In this document: positions 35,464 through 43,899 of the stretch, in pieces | How positions within the stretch are numbered: the first letter of the stretch is position 1 | How the letters are laid out: every line of letters starts with the position of its first letter | IMG/VR virus record: IMGVR_UViG_3300013121_000005 | Location: 1 to 64,000 of that record | Origin: a virus | Taxonomy: Duplodnaviria > Caudoviricetes | DNA: 64,000 bases | Direction: 5' to 3' (one strand) | The notes under the pieces: model-generated | What the model was told of the DNA's origin: nothing | Database searches by the model: none | Seen by the model: only the letters and a program-made list of their open reading frames with translations | Position numbers and translations under genes: made by a program

Positions 35464-35697
35464 GTGAAAGGTGGGACTTATGTGCTGAAACAGCACACTG
35501 GAGGTCCCATGCACATCAATCACCGTCGGAAGAATTTCTATAAGAGTTACCATCCTCGTTGGGGGGTTTCCCTTCATGAGTGGCGACGTAGGTACTGGAA
35601 GGCTGAACGTTCCCGAGTCCATATTGCTATGGCTCAGGCGCAGTTCGATGATCTTCTGGCTAGGCACCCTCAAAGCATTCTTTGGGATGTGTTTTGA
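35464..35697 (+). CDS. hypothetical protein
   Basis: 77 aa ORF between tRNAs. Confidence 0.45.
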   Translation: MKGGTYVLKQHTGGPMHINHRRKNFYKSYHPRWGVSLHEWRRRYWKAERSRVHIAMAQAQFDDLLARHPQSILWDVF

Positions 35698-35721
35698 AAT
35701 CTTGGGTCGAAAGGCCCATCT

Positions 35722-35794
35722 GTCCTCGTAGCCTAGTGGATGAGGCACGGGTTTCCGAAGCCCGGTTACGCAGGTTCGATTCCTGCCGAGGACA
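35722..35794 (+). tRNA. tRNA-Arg(CCG)
   Basis: Cloverleaf. Confidence 0.9.
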
Positions 35795-35928
35795 CTTACT
35801 TTTCAGCCTTTGCGTCTGTGGCCCCCACTTCGACATAGGGGGGCTCTTCAGGGAGGGTGCTTGGGCTGGTGGTGTTGACGTACCCGGTGAGGGTCAGTGC
35901 GATTACTAATCGTTTGGTCCACATGTTT

Positions 35929-36002
35929 GCCCCTGTAGCTCAACTGGATTGAGCGTCGGTCTTCGGAACCGAAGGTTGAAGGTTCGAGTCCTTCCAGGGG
36001 TG
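35929..36002 (+). tRNA. tRNA-Arg(TCG)
   Basis: Cloverleaf. Confidence 0.9.
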
Positions 36003-36004
36003 CC

Positions 36005-36082
36005 GTGCTGAATGTCTGTTAGGACTACATCGTCGAATTGATACTCGATCTAATGATGTCTTAGCAACTTCCTTGTCAGCAC
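36005..36082 (+). ncRNA. Y RNA-like #14 (minimal)
   Basis: GTGCT-GAATG-N11-TACA...CTTGTC-AGCAC. Confidence 0.8.
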
Positions 36083-36085
36083 TAT

Positions 36086-36156
36086 CGCGGCGACCCATTG
36101 GACGGGGCCGGTCTCTCATAAGGATCTGGAAGAGGTTTCGAGCACCTCCGTCGCGA
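36086..36156 (+). tRNA. tRNA(CAT), elongator Met or Ile2, atypical
   Basis: GGTCT-CTCATAA-GGATC. Confidence 0.72.
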
Positions 36157-36160
36157 CTGT

Positions 36161-36766
36161 TTACACACTCTTGTTGAGGTACTGATCGTACATGATGTCT
36201 AGAGAGAACAAGCCTGGGTGCGAGGCGAGCGCTACTCCAACAGGGGTAATTGCTTCGATTTTCATCGACATATAGTATTGAGCTGCAAGTCCTACTAGAG
36301 CTACACTAGAGGTCCGATGTACTAGTCGAGTTGTAGTTCCAGCGTCGTCGTAAGTGTCTTCGACTTCAGCTACTGTAGGGGTGATCGCTGCATCCCCAGA
36401 AGTTGTTGGGGATGAGGCGAAGACTACATAGGTAACTCGCCAACGGACAGCTTTCCCTTGTTCGTTAGCGTTGCTGGTTTTTGTCCAGTGTAGGTGAAAG
36501 GTCCCATTGCCTGCGTAGTTGGATGGGATCTTGAATTGCCTGAATGCGGCGTCGTTGTTCAGGGAGAAATCTAGGTAGATAAAAGGGCCCACTACTGCTG
36601 GGGTAGGGGTGGTACCTGGTAGCCCACTGTAGTAGCTGGCGGTGACGATAGGTCCATGGAATGTCCCGATTTCGTTTTCAACCGCAAGTAGAGCTGGGTT
36701 GATATCGCGACGGAGATCCGCTTTGGGTAGCGGTTTTCCGAATTTGGACCATACGGGTGCGCTCAT
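36161..36766 (-). CDS. hypothetical beta-rich (possibly virion) protein
   Basis: 201 aa, beta-strand pattern. Confidence 0.65.
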   Translation of the reverse strand: MSAPVWSKFGKPLPKADLRRDINPALLAVENEIGTFHGPIVTASYYSGLPGTTPTPAVVGPFIYLDFSLNNDAAFRQFKIPSNYAGNGTFHLHWTKTSNANEQGKAVRWRVTYVVFASSPTTSGDAAITPTVAEVEDTYDDAGTTTRLVHRTSSVALVGLAAQYYMSMKIEAITPVGVALASHPGLFSLDIMYDQYLNKSV

Positions 36767-36824
36767 AGTAGGTATTGGGGTTCTCCCCTACTGTAGGGGT
36801 GTCATCGAGAGACTATCGAACCCT

Positions 36825-37709
36825 TTACGGTCTACACGCTCCATCGACACATGTTTGTACTCCACACAAGATGGCTTGTGCCCAAGCTCCTTGACTCCCA
36901 CAGGTTTCAACGATGTTGACGGTGACACCCATGATGACAGTGGTGGAGCACCTTCGGGAACCTGGGGCACAAGTACCTGTACATTGTGCGTCTGGGTTGA
37001 GGGTGCACACATAGGGGCAAACCGCGTCTGTCTGCCAGGCTCCGAGTCCAGTACAGGTTTGATCTTCGTTGCCTAGACAACGAGTGGCCCCAGGGTTGCA
37101 TTCGTAGCAGGCCCCGCTCAAACAAATTGGGGTACCTCCTGCACATGCTGGGAGGTTGGTCCAATTCCCAGACCCATCGCAGACTTGAGGGGTGCCCAGG
37201 AGGCACCTTCTGGTGCCTGGGTTACAGACCACACATTCCCCTCCGAAGCATAGGGCAGGGCATGCGGGTAGGTCGTTCCAAGTGAACCCCTGTGCATCGC
37301 AGACTTGTGGTGTAGTAGTGCCAGAAGAACACTGCTTGGACCCTGGGGTACAGATGGGAAGGGGAGGGGCTACATCGGTACCCGCATCCTCTGCATCTGT
37401 TACTGCATCTGTTCCGACTTCTACAGCGGCGTCCTCTACCCCGGCGTCGTTTTTTCCAGCGTCCCCTCCAGTTTCTTTGCTGCTACTGTCGGAAGCTTGA
37501 CTAGCATCCTTTCCCTCAGGGGGGCTGTCCGCCTCAGCGTCGTTCGGTTTAGCTCCATCTGTTTGGCTTGAAGCTACTGCTGCCCCACCTCCCTCAAATT
37601 CTTCTTTACTTGCTTTTCCCTCTGTATTACTAGGGGTGGAGTCTCCGAATGAGGAGCATGCAACGATAGCGGAAACACTTGTAATCAGTACGTGTCGTCG
37701 TTGGAACAT
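36825..37709 (-). CDS. Cys-repeat lipoprotein, myxobacterial style
   Basis: Lipobox IVAC, DAG-rich linker, repeated CxPGxxxC modules. Confidence 0.8.
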   Translation of the reverse strand: MFQRRHVLITSVSAIVACSSFGDSTPSNTEGKASKEEFEGGGAAVASSQTDGAKPNDAEADSPPEGKDASQASDSSSKETGGDAGKNDAGVEDAAVEVGTDAVTDAEDAGTDVAPPLPICTPGSKQCSSGTTTPQVCDAQGFTWNDLPACPALCFGGECVVCNPGTRRCLLGTPQVCDGSGNWTNLPACAGGTPICLSGACYECNPGATRCLGNEDQTCTGLGAWQTDAVCPYVCTLNPDAQCTGTCAPGSRRCSTTVIMGVTVNIVETCGSQGAWAQAILCGVQTCVDGACRP

Positions 37710-37767
37710 GGTTACTTAGACCTCTGAGGGAGAAACGTAGTAAAGCAGTTTTTCTTCAAAAATCTGG

Positions 37768-37796
37768 TTGAGCCTTTGGGGTTTCAACGTTAAGCT
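37768..37796 (+). promoter_or_regulatory. sigma70-like promoter before tRNA-Val
   Basis: TTGAGC-17 nt-TAAGCT. Confidence 0.5.
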
Positions 37797-37808
37797 TACA
37801 TACATAGA

Positions 37809-37879
37809 GCCGGATTAGTTCAGTGGTAGAATGCTCCTTTTACACGGGAGATAGGGGGGTTCGATTCCCTCATCCGGTA
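37809..37879 (+). tRNA. tRNA-Val(TAC)
   Basis: Cloverleaf. Confidence 0.88.
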
Positions 37880-37883
37880 CTAC

Positions 37884-37967
37884 GCTCGTGTGGCGGAATG
37901 GCAGACGCATCGGATTTAGGTTCCGACGGGTAAAACCGTGAGGGTTCGACTCCCTCCACGAGCACCA
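37884..37967 (+). tRNA. tRNA-Leu(TAG)
   Basis: Class II cloverleaf, CCA. Confidence 0.92.
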
Positions 37968-38023
37968 GATTCTTCTTGTAGCTTCCTCTTGAAGGAGGGG
38001 TTGAATCTCCTCCTTGGAGGTTT

Positions 38024-38323
38024 TTGATGAGACGCTCAGGGCGGGCGGTGGGCAAGCAGCCCCAGCAGAGTCGAGAGGCGAAAAAACCTAAGCAAAAGAA
38101 GACGTTGGAGGAGGAGTGTAGGATTCGGATCACTGCGCTCCATGATGCTGTTCGTGATCGGGCAGCATTAGCCAACAAAGAAAAGTACCGTGAAGCTGAG
38201 GATGAGGTGCTGAGGATGGTGTATGGTCCTAACTGGAGGACCCTTGACCTTCCTCATGACCCTAAGCCATCTAAGGTTGCCGTCAATGCGGATGTGGAAG
38301 ATGCAGAGCGCAAAGCCGGGTGA
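38024..38323 (+). CDS. hypothetical protein
   Basis: GGAGG RBS. Confidence 0.65.
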   Translation: MMRRSGRAVGKQPQQSREAKKPKQKKTLEEECRIRITALHDAVRDRAALANKEKYREAEDEVLRMVYGPNWRTLDLPHDPKPSKVAVNADVEDAERKAG

Positions 38324-38357
38324 GGCGTTTAGCATATGAGGTAACTAACTGCTTTTT

Positions 38358-38436
38358 GGGCCGTCACCTAAGCTGCTGGTCGCAGTAACACGTCTTATGA
38401 GCGTGAGGTTTGGGGGTTCGACTCCTCGGCGGCCTA
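38358..38436 (+). tRNA. tRNA-Ile(TAT), 8/4 fold
   Basis: CACGT-CTTATGA-GCGTG; 8-bp acceptor, 4-bp T-stem. Confidence 0.72.
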
Positions 38437-38466
38437 CTAAGGGATGTAGATGAAAGTGAGGATCAA

Positions 38467-38979
38467 ATGAGGGTTACAGGTTACGCCATTCGGGAGGCAA
38501 TTAAGCAGTGGGAGCTACGTAGGGATACGGCGGCGAGGGCTTTTGATGGCTCCCTGAAGGTATTTGATGAGGAGAGGGGGACTAAGGAGTCTCCTGATCA
38601 AATCATCCAAGCCTTTCTCAAGGCTGAGTTGGCCATTTCTAAGCTTCAGGTCGCTCAAGCGAGGTACAATCTTTGGGTGCTCGTTGACACCCCTGAGCGC
38701 ATGATGAGCCTTTCTCAGGCCATCAAGATGGTAGGGGGGGTAGCTAGGGCGGAAAAGATGTGGCGTTCGGCTACGGGTCCAAAGAAGGAACGTTACGGTT
38801 ACAGTGACGACGAGAGGGACCCGAACAAGATTGTGGCCAAGCCAACAATTACGGTCGCGCATGCTGTGGCCCAGGCCACTCTCCTGGGTAAGCGGGCAGG
38901 TAGCTTTCGAGCAGCTATCGCTGTTGCCAATGCTAAGGAGCTTGAAATCGAAGACTTGGATGAGACACTCTTTGAGTAG
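38467..38979 (+). CDS. helical protein resembling the DIP1984/DUF6847 family
   Basis: ESPDQII...KL....RYN...MSLSQAI...AAIAVAN pattern, recognised by eye. Confidence 0.5.
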   Translation: MRVTGYAIREAIKQWELRRDTAARAFDGSLKVFDEERGTKESPDQIIQAFLKAELAISKLQVAQARYNLWVLVDTPERMMSLSQAIKMVGGVARAEKMWRSATGPKKERYGYSDDERDPNKIVAKPTITVAHAVAQATLLGKRAGSFRAAIAVANAKELEIEDLDETLFE

Positions 38980-39182
38980 TCTCATTTGAGAGCCCTGAAA
39001 GGGGCTTGGTGAAGAGGACTTCCTAAGTTAGTGGTGAGTGCCACTGGAACGGATCCAAAATTCAGCCGAAGCTTCCTAAGTTCATCTAACGTCTTTTCTT
39101 GGTGTGTTTGCACTGGGCTGGCGGGAGAAATAAGCTATCGCTTGAATGGTAACCTTTTCTTGCTCCTGTTTCCTCTTCATCT

Positions 39183-39225
39183 GGGCCTGTCTGCTCTCTC
39201 GGGTAGACAGGCCCGCCTAATTTTA
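39183..39225 (+). terminator. terminator-like hairpin
   Basis: GGGCCTGTCTGCTC/GGGTAGACAGGCCC. Confidence 0.55.
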
Positions 39226-39271
39226 ACGTTGTGTACCTAACCCTAGAGGTGTATTGTTTGAGTGTGTGTTT

Positions 39272-39614
39272 GGGGCTGCCAGGTTTCGACACAGGAAGGA
39301 AGGTAAAATCTGCGTGCGAGCGGCCCTCGATCCGCTCTGACCAATCGAGGCGAATACGACTGCCAACGATAACGGCACTGCTTTCGCGGCTGCGGCCTGA
39401 AAGCCGATCTCTAGCTGGGTCGTCCTAGCGGCGAAGAGATCGTCACCCACCAGGGCTGGCTGAACCTCCGGGTTTCCGGGAGATAGGCGAGTTCAACAGG
39501 AAAACTAGGTCTCGGCCGAATCCGAGAGCCCAGCCGACGGGGTTACTTCGGCTACGCACGTAGAAGATTTTCCCAGATGTCTTGTGGACAGGGGTTCGAT
39601 TCCCCTCAGCTCCA
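39272..39614 (+). ncRNA. ssrA: tmRNA; tag ANDNGTAFAAAA
   Basis: 5' GGGGCTG..GGTTTCGAC, tag ORF 39362-39400, 3' GGGGTTCGATTCCCCTCAGCTCCA. Confidence 0.95.
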
Positions 39615-39631
39615 CCCCTTGAAAGAGTAGT

Positions 39632-39865
39632 ATGAAAACGTTGGGCTCATTTTCCCCTCCTGCGGATGGGGTTCAGGCATTCGCGATCAACCCCAGCATT
39701 TTCCAGGCGTATGCGATCTGGAAAAAAAAGGCTAAGGTGGAAGTTCTCCATCGAGAGGTGGTTTTAGGCCAGGGGGGTACTGGGGCCCTTCTTGTGTGGT
39801 ATCGGGTTAGGCCGAAGAAACGTGGTAGGTCGAAAAGTTCGCTAGAGGAACCGTCTGTTAGTTGA
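39632..39865 (+). CDS. hypothetical protein
   Basis: 77 aa ORF. Confidence 0.5.
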   Translation: MKTLGSFSPPADGVQAFAINPSIFQAYAIWKKKAKVEVLHREVVLGQGGTGALLVWYRVRPKKRGRSKSSLEEPSVS

Positions 39866-39938
39866 GAAAACCTACTCTGTACGTTGATTTGGTTGGGCAT
39901 GATGTGCCCAACATGTGTAGGAGAAGGCGAAGGTAGTC

Positions 39939-40496
39939 ATGGAGAGGGCGTTACTTTTGAACTCGTGGGGTCTTCCTCACGCAGTTCTTAACTGGGATGA
40001 AGCGATTTGTCTTGTATACCAAGACAAAGCTCTTGTACTAGAGGAGTACGATGAGACGGTGAGTTCCCCGTCTACGACTTACTTCATCCCAGCCGTACTT
40101 CAACTCAGGGAGCCGGTCCGAGGGTTCAAAAAGGGCGTAAAGTTCTCCCGTATCAACGTCTTCACCCGGGATGGGTTTCGGTGTCAGTACTGTGGGGTGC
40201 GTCGTATGATGCGTGAGCTGAACTACGACCACGTGCTCCCCAGGCGGCAGGGCGGTAAGACTAACTGGGAGAACATCGTGACTTGCTGCTACCCGTGCAA
40301 CGACCGTAAGGGTGGTCGCACGCCGGAGCAGGCAGGGATGACGTTGCTCCGCAGCCCGGGGAAGCCTCATTCTCTTCCTCTACACCCGGTCTTTATCCCA
40401 GCAAAGGGGATTCCTCCCGTTTGGGAGGCATACCTGGATCTGTCAAAGGCTCTTCCACATGGGGAGGGGTACTACCTGGTTGGGGTTTCGGCTTAG
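39939..40496 (+). CDS. HNH endonuclease (McrA/HNH_5 type)
   Basis: RDGFRCQYCG...DHVLPR..GG.T.WENIVTCC..CN. Confidence 0.92.
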   Translation: MERALLLNSWGLPHAVLNWDEAICLVYQDKALVLEEYDETVSSPSTTYFIPAVLQLREPVRGFKKGVKFSRINVFTRDGFRCQYCGVRRMMRELNYDHVLPRRQGGKTNWENIVTCCYPCNDRKGGRTPEQAGMTLLRSPGKPHSLPLHPVFIPAKGIPPVWEAYLDLSKALPHGEGYYLVGVSA

Positions 40497-40518
40497 CTAG
40501 TAGGCTGTAGCTCCCAGG

Positions 40519-40553
40519 AAACGGGGTCTCCTTTACGGGGTCCCCGTTTTTTT
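40519..40553 (+). terminator. intrinsic terminator
   Basis: AAACGGGG...CCCCGTTT followed by T run. Confidence 0.7.
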
Positions 40554-40739
40554 GTCCCAAAGGTTTTGTGTTGTGGTGTAGACTCTATTGGGAACCGCGC
40601 TTAGGCTTGGGTTCTTTTTCGACGAGCCGCACCTTTGGGTTTGGGCGTAGTCGCGGACGTATTTGGAAACGTTGAGGGATTTGAGAGATTTGTCCATCTC
40701 TGCATCCCTAACTCAGACCCCACGTTCACGGTGAAAGCT

Positions 40740-42197
40740 ATGGAAATCAAACCCAAGTTTACGTTCGAGTCCGTCCGTTGTGACCAGAGCAATGACCTTC
40801 ATTTGGTTGTTGAGCTTACGGCCCCTAAGAGCGACTGGCAGGTCAATCGTCCGCCGCTCTGTATTGTTCCAGTTCTCGATATTTCTGGTTCGATGGCAGG
40901 TCCGAAGCTCGCCTACGCAAAGCAGTCAATTCTTAAGCTGATTGAGCACCTGTCGTCGGACGACTACTTCGGGATCGTCAGTTTCTCGTCTGCTGCCCGG
41001 GTCGATGCTGTCCCACGGAAGATGACTCCTGAGGTAAAGGAGTCGTTGAGGGTCCTAGTTAACAATTTTCAGACAGAGGGTGCGACCAACTTCTCTGGGG
41101 GGATGCTCCTTGGGCTCAAGACCGCTAATGAGATGGACCTCCCCGAGTCTACCATCGTTCGGGTCATCACGTTTACGGATGGTCAGCCGACCCATGGGGT
41201 GACTGATCCTAAGGGCCTTTGTGACCTCTTGGAAAAGCAGGTAGGGCGAGCGAGTGTTTCTGCCTTTGGTTACGGTTCGGACGCTAACCAAACTCTCTTG
41301 AGTGACTTGGCAACCAAGGGCAAAGGTAACTATGCCTTCGTGCAAGAGCCTGATGCAGCTCTTGCCGCTTTCGGTAAGGAATTGGGGGGTCTTCTGAGCA
41401 TGTATGCTCAGAATATTCGCGTCGACCTGACACCTCGTAATGGGCACCAGATCATGGAGGTCCTTACGGATGCTGATGTGGAGGAGGAGACTACTGGGGA
41501 GGTCGAGGTTAGGCTTCCGCAGATTCTTAGTGAGGAAACTACTAATGTCGTTGTTGCGGTGAGGCTTAGCGAGCAGAAGCAAGCAGGTCCTCGTCAGGTC
41601 AATGTGATTGACGTGAAGCTCCGCTACCAGGTCATCGATCAGGATGGGAAGCTCACGGAGAAGACTGTGGAGACCAAGGCGAAGGTCCAATTCGTCAAGG
41701 CTGGTGACGAGCAGAAGACCCCCACCAAGGAGGTTGACGAGATCGTTGCCAGGGCTCAGCTCGTGAAGGTGCAGATTGAAGCGGAGGCCCAGGCTAAGCA
41801 GGGTAACTTCTCCGCAGTCACTGAGGCTTTCAATGGATTTAAAGCCTCAGTTAAGACTCGTGGTCTGGGCCTATTGGCTGAGATTGCAAACCACGTTGGG
41901 GGGTACTACCAACCTCAACAGTATGCAGGGTCTGCTGGTAATCGGGTAGGGCTCCGTCGGGCTATGACTCGTGGAGTAGGTACTTCAGGTCTAGCCCTAG
42001 AAGATCAGGTTGTTCTTAGCTCCTGTAGTTTTTCGCTTGCCAATGAAGCTCAGGAAATGACTTCTCAAGCATTTTCTGCCGCTGGGGCTCCTCCAGTAGC
42101 TCCTCCTCCAGTGGAGGGTCCTGTAACAGGGGCATCGACTCCTCCCGTTGTTTTGGGGAGGAACTTGAGCAAGCGTAGGAGTTCTCGTTGGGCTTAG
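40740..42197 (+). CDS. VWA-domain protein (YfbK-like)
   Basis: LDISGSM, GATN, FTDGQPT, FGYG. Confidence 0.88.
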   Translation: MEIKPKFTFESVRCDQSNDLHLVVELTAPKSDWQVNRPPLCIVPVLDISGSMAGPKLAYAKQSILKLIEHLSSDDYFGIVSFSSAARVDAVPRKMTPEVKESLRVLVNNFQTEGATNFSGGMLLGLKTANEMDLPESTIVRVITFTDGQPTHGVTDPKGLCDLLEKQVGRASVSAFGYGSDANQTLLSDLATKGKGNYAFVQEPDAALAAFGKELGGLLSMYAQNIRVDLTPRNGHQIMEVLTDADVEEETTGEVEVRLPQILSEETTNVVVAVRLSEQKQAGPRQVNVIDVKLRYQVIDQDGKLTEKTVETKAKVQFVKAGDEQKTPTKEVDEIVARAQLVKVQIEAEAQAKQGNFSAVTEAFNGFKASVKTRGLGLLAEIANHVGGYYQPQQYAGSAGNRVGLRRAMTRGVGTSGLALEDQVVLSSCSFSLANEAQEMTSQAFSAAGAPPVAPPPVEGPVTGASTPPVVLGRNLSKRRSSRWA

Positions 42198-42313
42198 TGT
42201 CTCCGGACGTCGAGGACCGCTAGGGGTTTTTTATCCACGTGGGGGGTGTGTGCCAGGGTGTGCACACACCCCCACACAGTTTGATCGTAAGCCCGTTCGT
42301 AGGGGGCTAGCCT

Positions 42314-43072
42314 ATGTCGTATCCTATCTTAGGTAACATTGAAGCTACCTCCTTCTACGTTCGCTATCGAGAAGAGTTTCCCGACGGTGAATTGTGCGAT
42401 TATGCTCGTAGGGGCATGTGGACGCATGGAGTAGAAACGAGACCATTCTACTGGGCCGATGACCTTACTGAGAAGGTAGACCTAAGTCCGACAGTAGGGG
42501 TCGCTGGGTTCATTGGGGATGTCCACGCAGGGTTAAGGGCTATGGGTAGGACTCCACCTGAAAATGTGGACTACCCAGAGGAACTTCAACCCTACTTAGG
42601 TCGTACGCTTGGTACGGCAACCATGGTTGAAGTTCGCTCCAGTATCGAGCCTATCTTCATCAAGCCAAAGGAGCACAAGCTCTTTACAGGTCTGCTTTGG
42701 ATTGGAGATGTGGAGTCTAGAGCCAGGACCGTAACCGTGCCCGATGACACTCTGCTTTGGACGTCAACTCCAGTGCAGTTTGTAGCTGAGTACCGAGCGT
42801 TTATCCTGCAAGGGCATATTCTAGATGTTCGCCTGTATCGTGGGGATTGGTCGAAATCCCCTGACAGATTCATTATCGAGCAAGCTACAGCCGTACACCA
42901 AGAAGCTGGGGCCCCAATCGCCTATTGTTGCGACTGGGGGGTAACCGCTGACGGGCTAACCTTGCTTGTCGAGCGCAACGAGGGGTACTCCTTTGGGCAC
43001 TACGGCCTTAAGCCAGCGGATTATGCTCGAATGTTATCGGCACGCTGGTTCGAGATGGCAGGGGGTATCTGA
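42314..43072 (+). CDS. ATP-grasp domain protein (DUF4343/R2K-like)
   Basis: DYPEEL, FIKP..HKLFTG, EYRAF, LVERNEGYSFG. Confidence 0.8.
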   Translation: MSYPILGNIEATSFYVRYREEFPDGELCDYARRGMWTHGVETRPFYWADDLTEKVDLSPTVGVAGFIGDVHAGLRAMGRTPPENVDYPEELQPYLGRTLGTATMVEVRSSIEPIFIKPKEHKLFTGLLWIGDVESRARTVTVPDDTLLWTSTPVQFVAEYRAFILQGHILDVRLYRGDWSKSPDRFIIEQATAVHQEAGAPIAYCCDWGVTADGLTLLVERNEGYSFGHYGLKPADYARMLSARWFEMAGGI

Positions 43073-43165
43073 TGAACGTGTACGTGGATGGACTCCACCC
43101 CCAACTAGCAGTCCTAAAATGTCCCTGCCGTAAGCTGTTTGCGGTGTAGGATTGGATTACTCCCT

Positions 43166-43747
43166 ATGATGGTTGACCACTACGAAGTTTACGTCAGCAC
43201 TGACATCGAAACGGACGGCCCCATTCCGGGACCGAATTCGATGCTCTCCTTTGGATCAGCCGCCTTCACATTGAATGCGGGTAAGGTTGGCACCTTCTCG
43301 GCGAACCTGGAGACCCTCCCTGGGGCGTCCATGGACCCCATCACGAAGACGGAGTTCTGGGACAAAAACCCGGAAGCTTGGGCGGCTTGCCGCACGGACT
43401 TGAAACCCATCGAGCCGACCATGAGGGCCTACGTCGAGTGGGTTCGTCGTCTGCCGGGACGGCCAGTGTTCGTGGGCTATCCGGCCACCTTCGACTTCAT
43501 GTTCGTGTACTGGTACATCCGGAAGCACGGCCTCGAAAGCCCCTTCAGCTTCTCGGCGCTCGACATCAAGAGCTACGTGATGAGCTACTTGGGCACGACC
43601 TTCCGGGACAGCACCAAGCGGAACATGCCCAAGAAGTGGTTTCCTGCAAGTCGTCACACCCACATCGCCCTCGACGATGCTATCGAGCAGGGCGAGCTGT
43701 TCATGAACATTTTGCGAGAAAGGCGAGAAAGATTATTTAGCGGTTGA
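43166..43747 (+). CDS. DEDD 3'-5' exoribonuclease (Rv2179c-like)
   Basis: [10 protein letters not shown]...FDF...HIALDDA. Confidence 0.85.
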   Translation: MMVDHYEVYVSTDIETDGPIPGPNSMLSFGSAAFTLNAGKVGTFSANLETLPGASMDPITKTEFWDKNPEAWAACRTDLKPIEPTMRAYVEWVRRLPGRPVFVGYPATFDFMFVYWYIRKHGLESPFSFSALDIKSYVMSYLGTTFRDSTKRNMPKKWFPASRHTHIALDDAIEQGELFMNILRERRERLFSG

Positions 43748-43788
43748 CATTCTTTCCTAAGTGGCGTAGGGGTTATGTGTAGTATATT

Positions 43789-43876
43789 GGAAGGCAAACC
43801 GGCCAGGGGTCGGCACCGTTTTGAAAACGGATGGGCGCTGAAAGGCGTTGGGGTTCGAGACCTCTGTCTTCCGCCA
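43789..43876 (+). tRNA. tRNA-Ser(TGA), 8/4 fold
   Basis: GGAAGGCA/TGTCTTCC acceptor, CCA. Confidence 0.85.
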
Positions 43877-43899
43877 AAGGGTGTAAGGTTTGAGTCGTT

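Noticed and set aside
25340-36082. Repeated GAATG...CTTGTC elements as a CRISPR array or MITEs
   Set aside because: Irregular spacing, non-identical covarying stems, no cas genes, no target-site duplications
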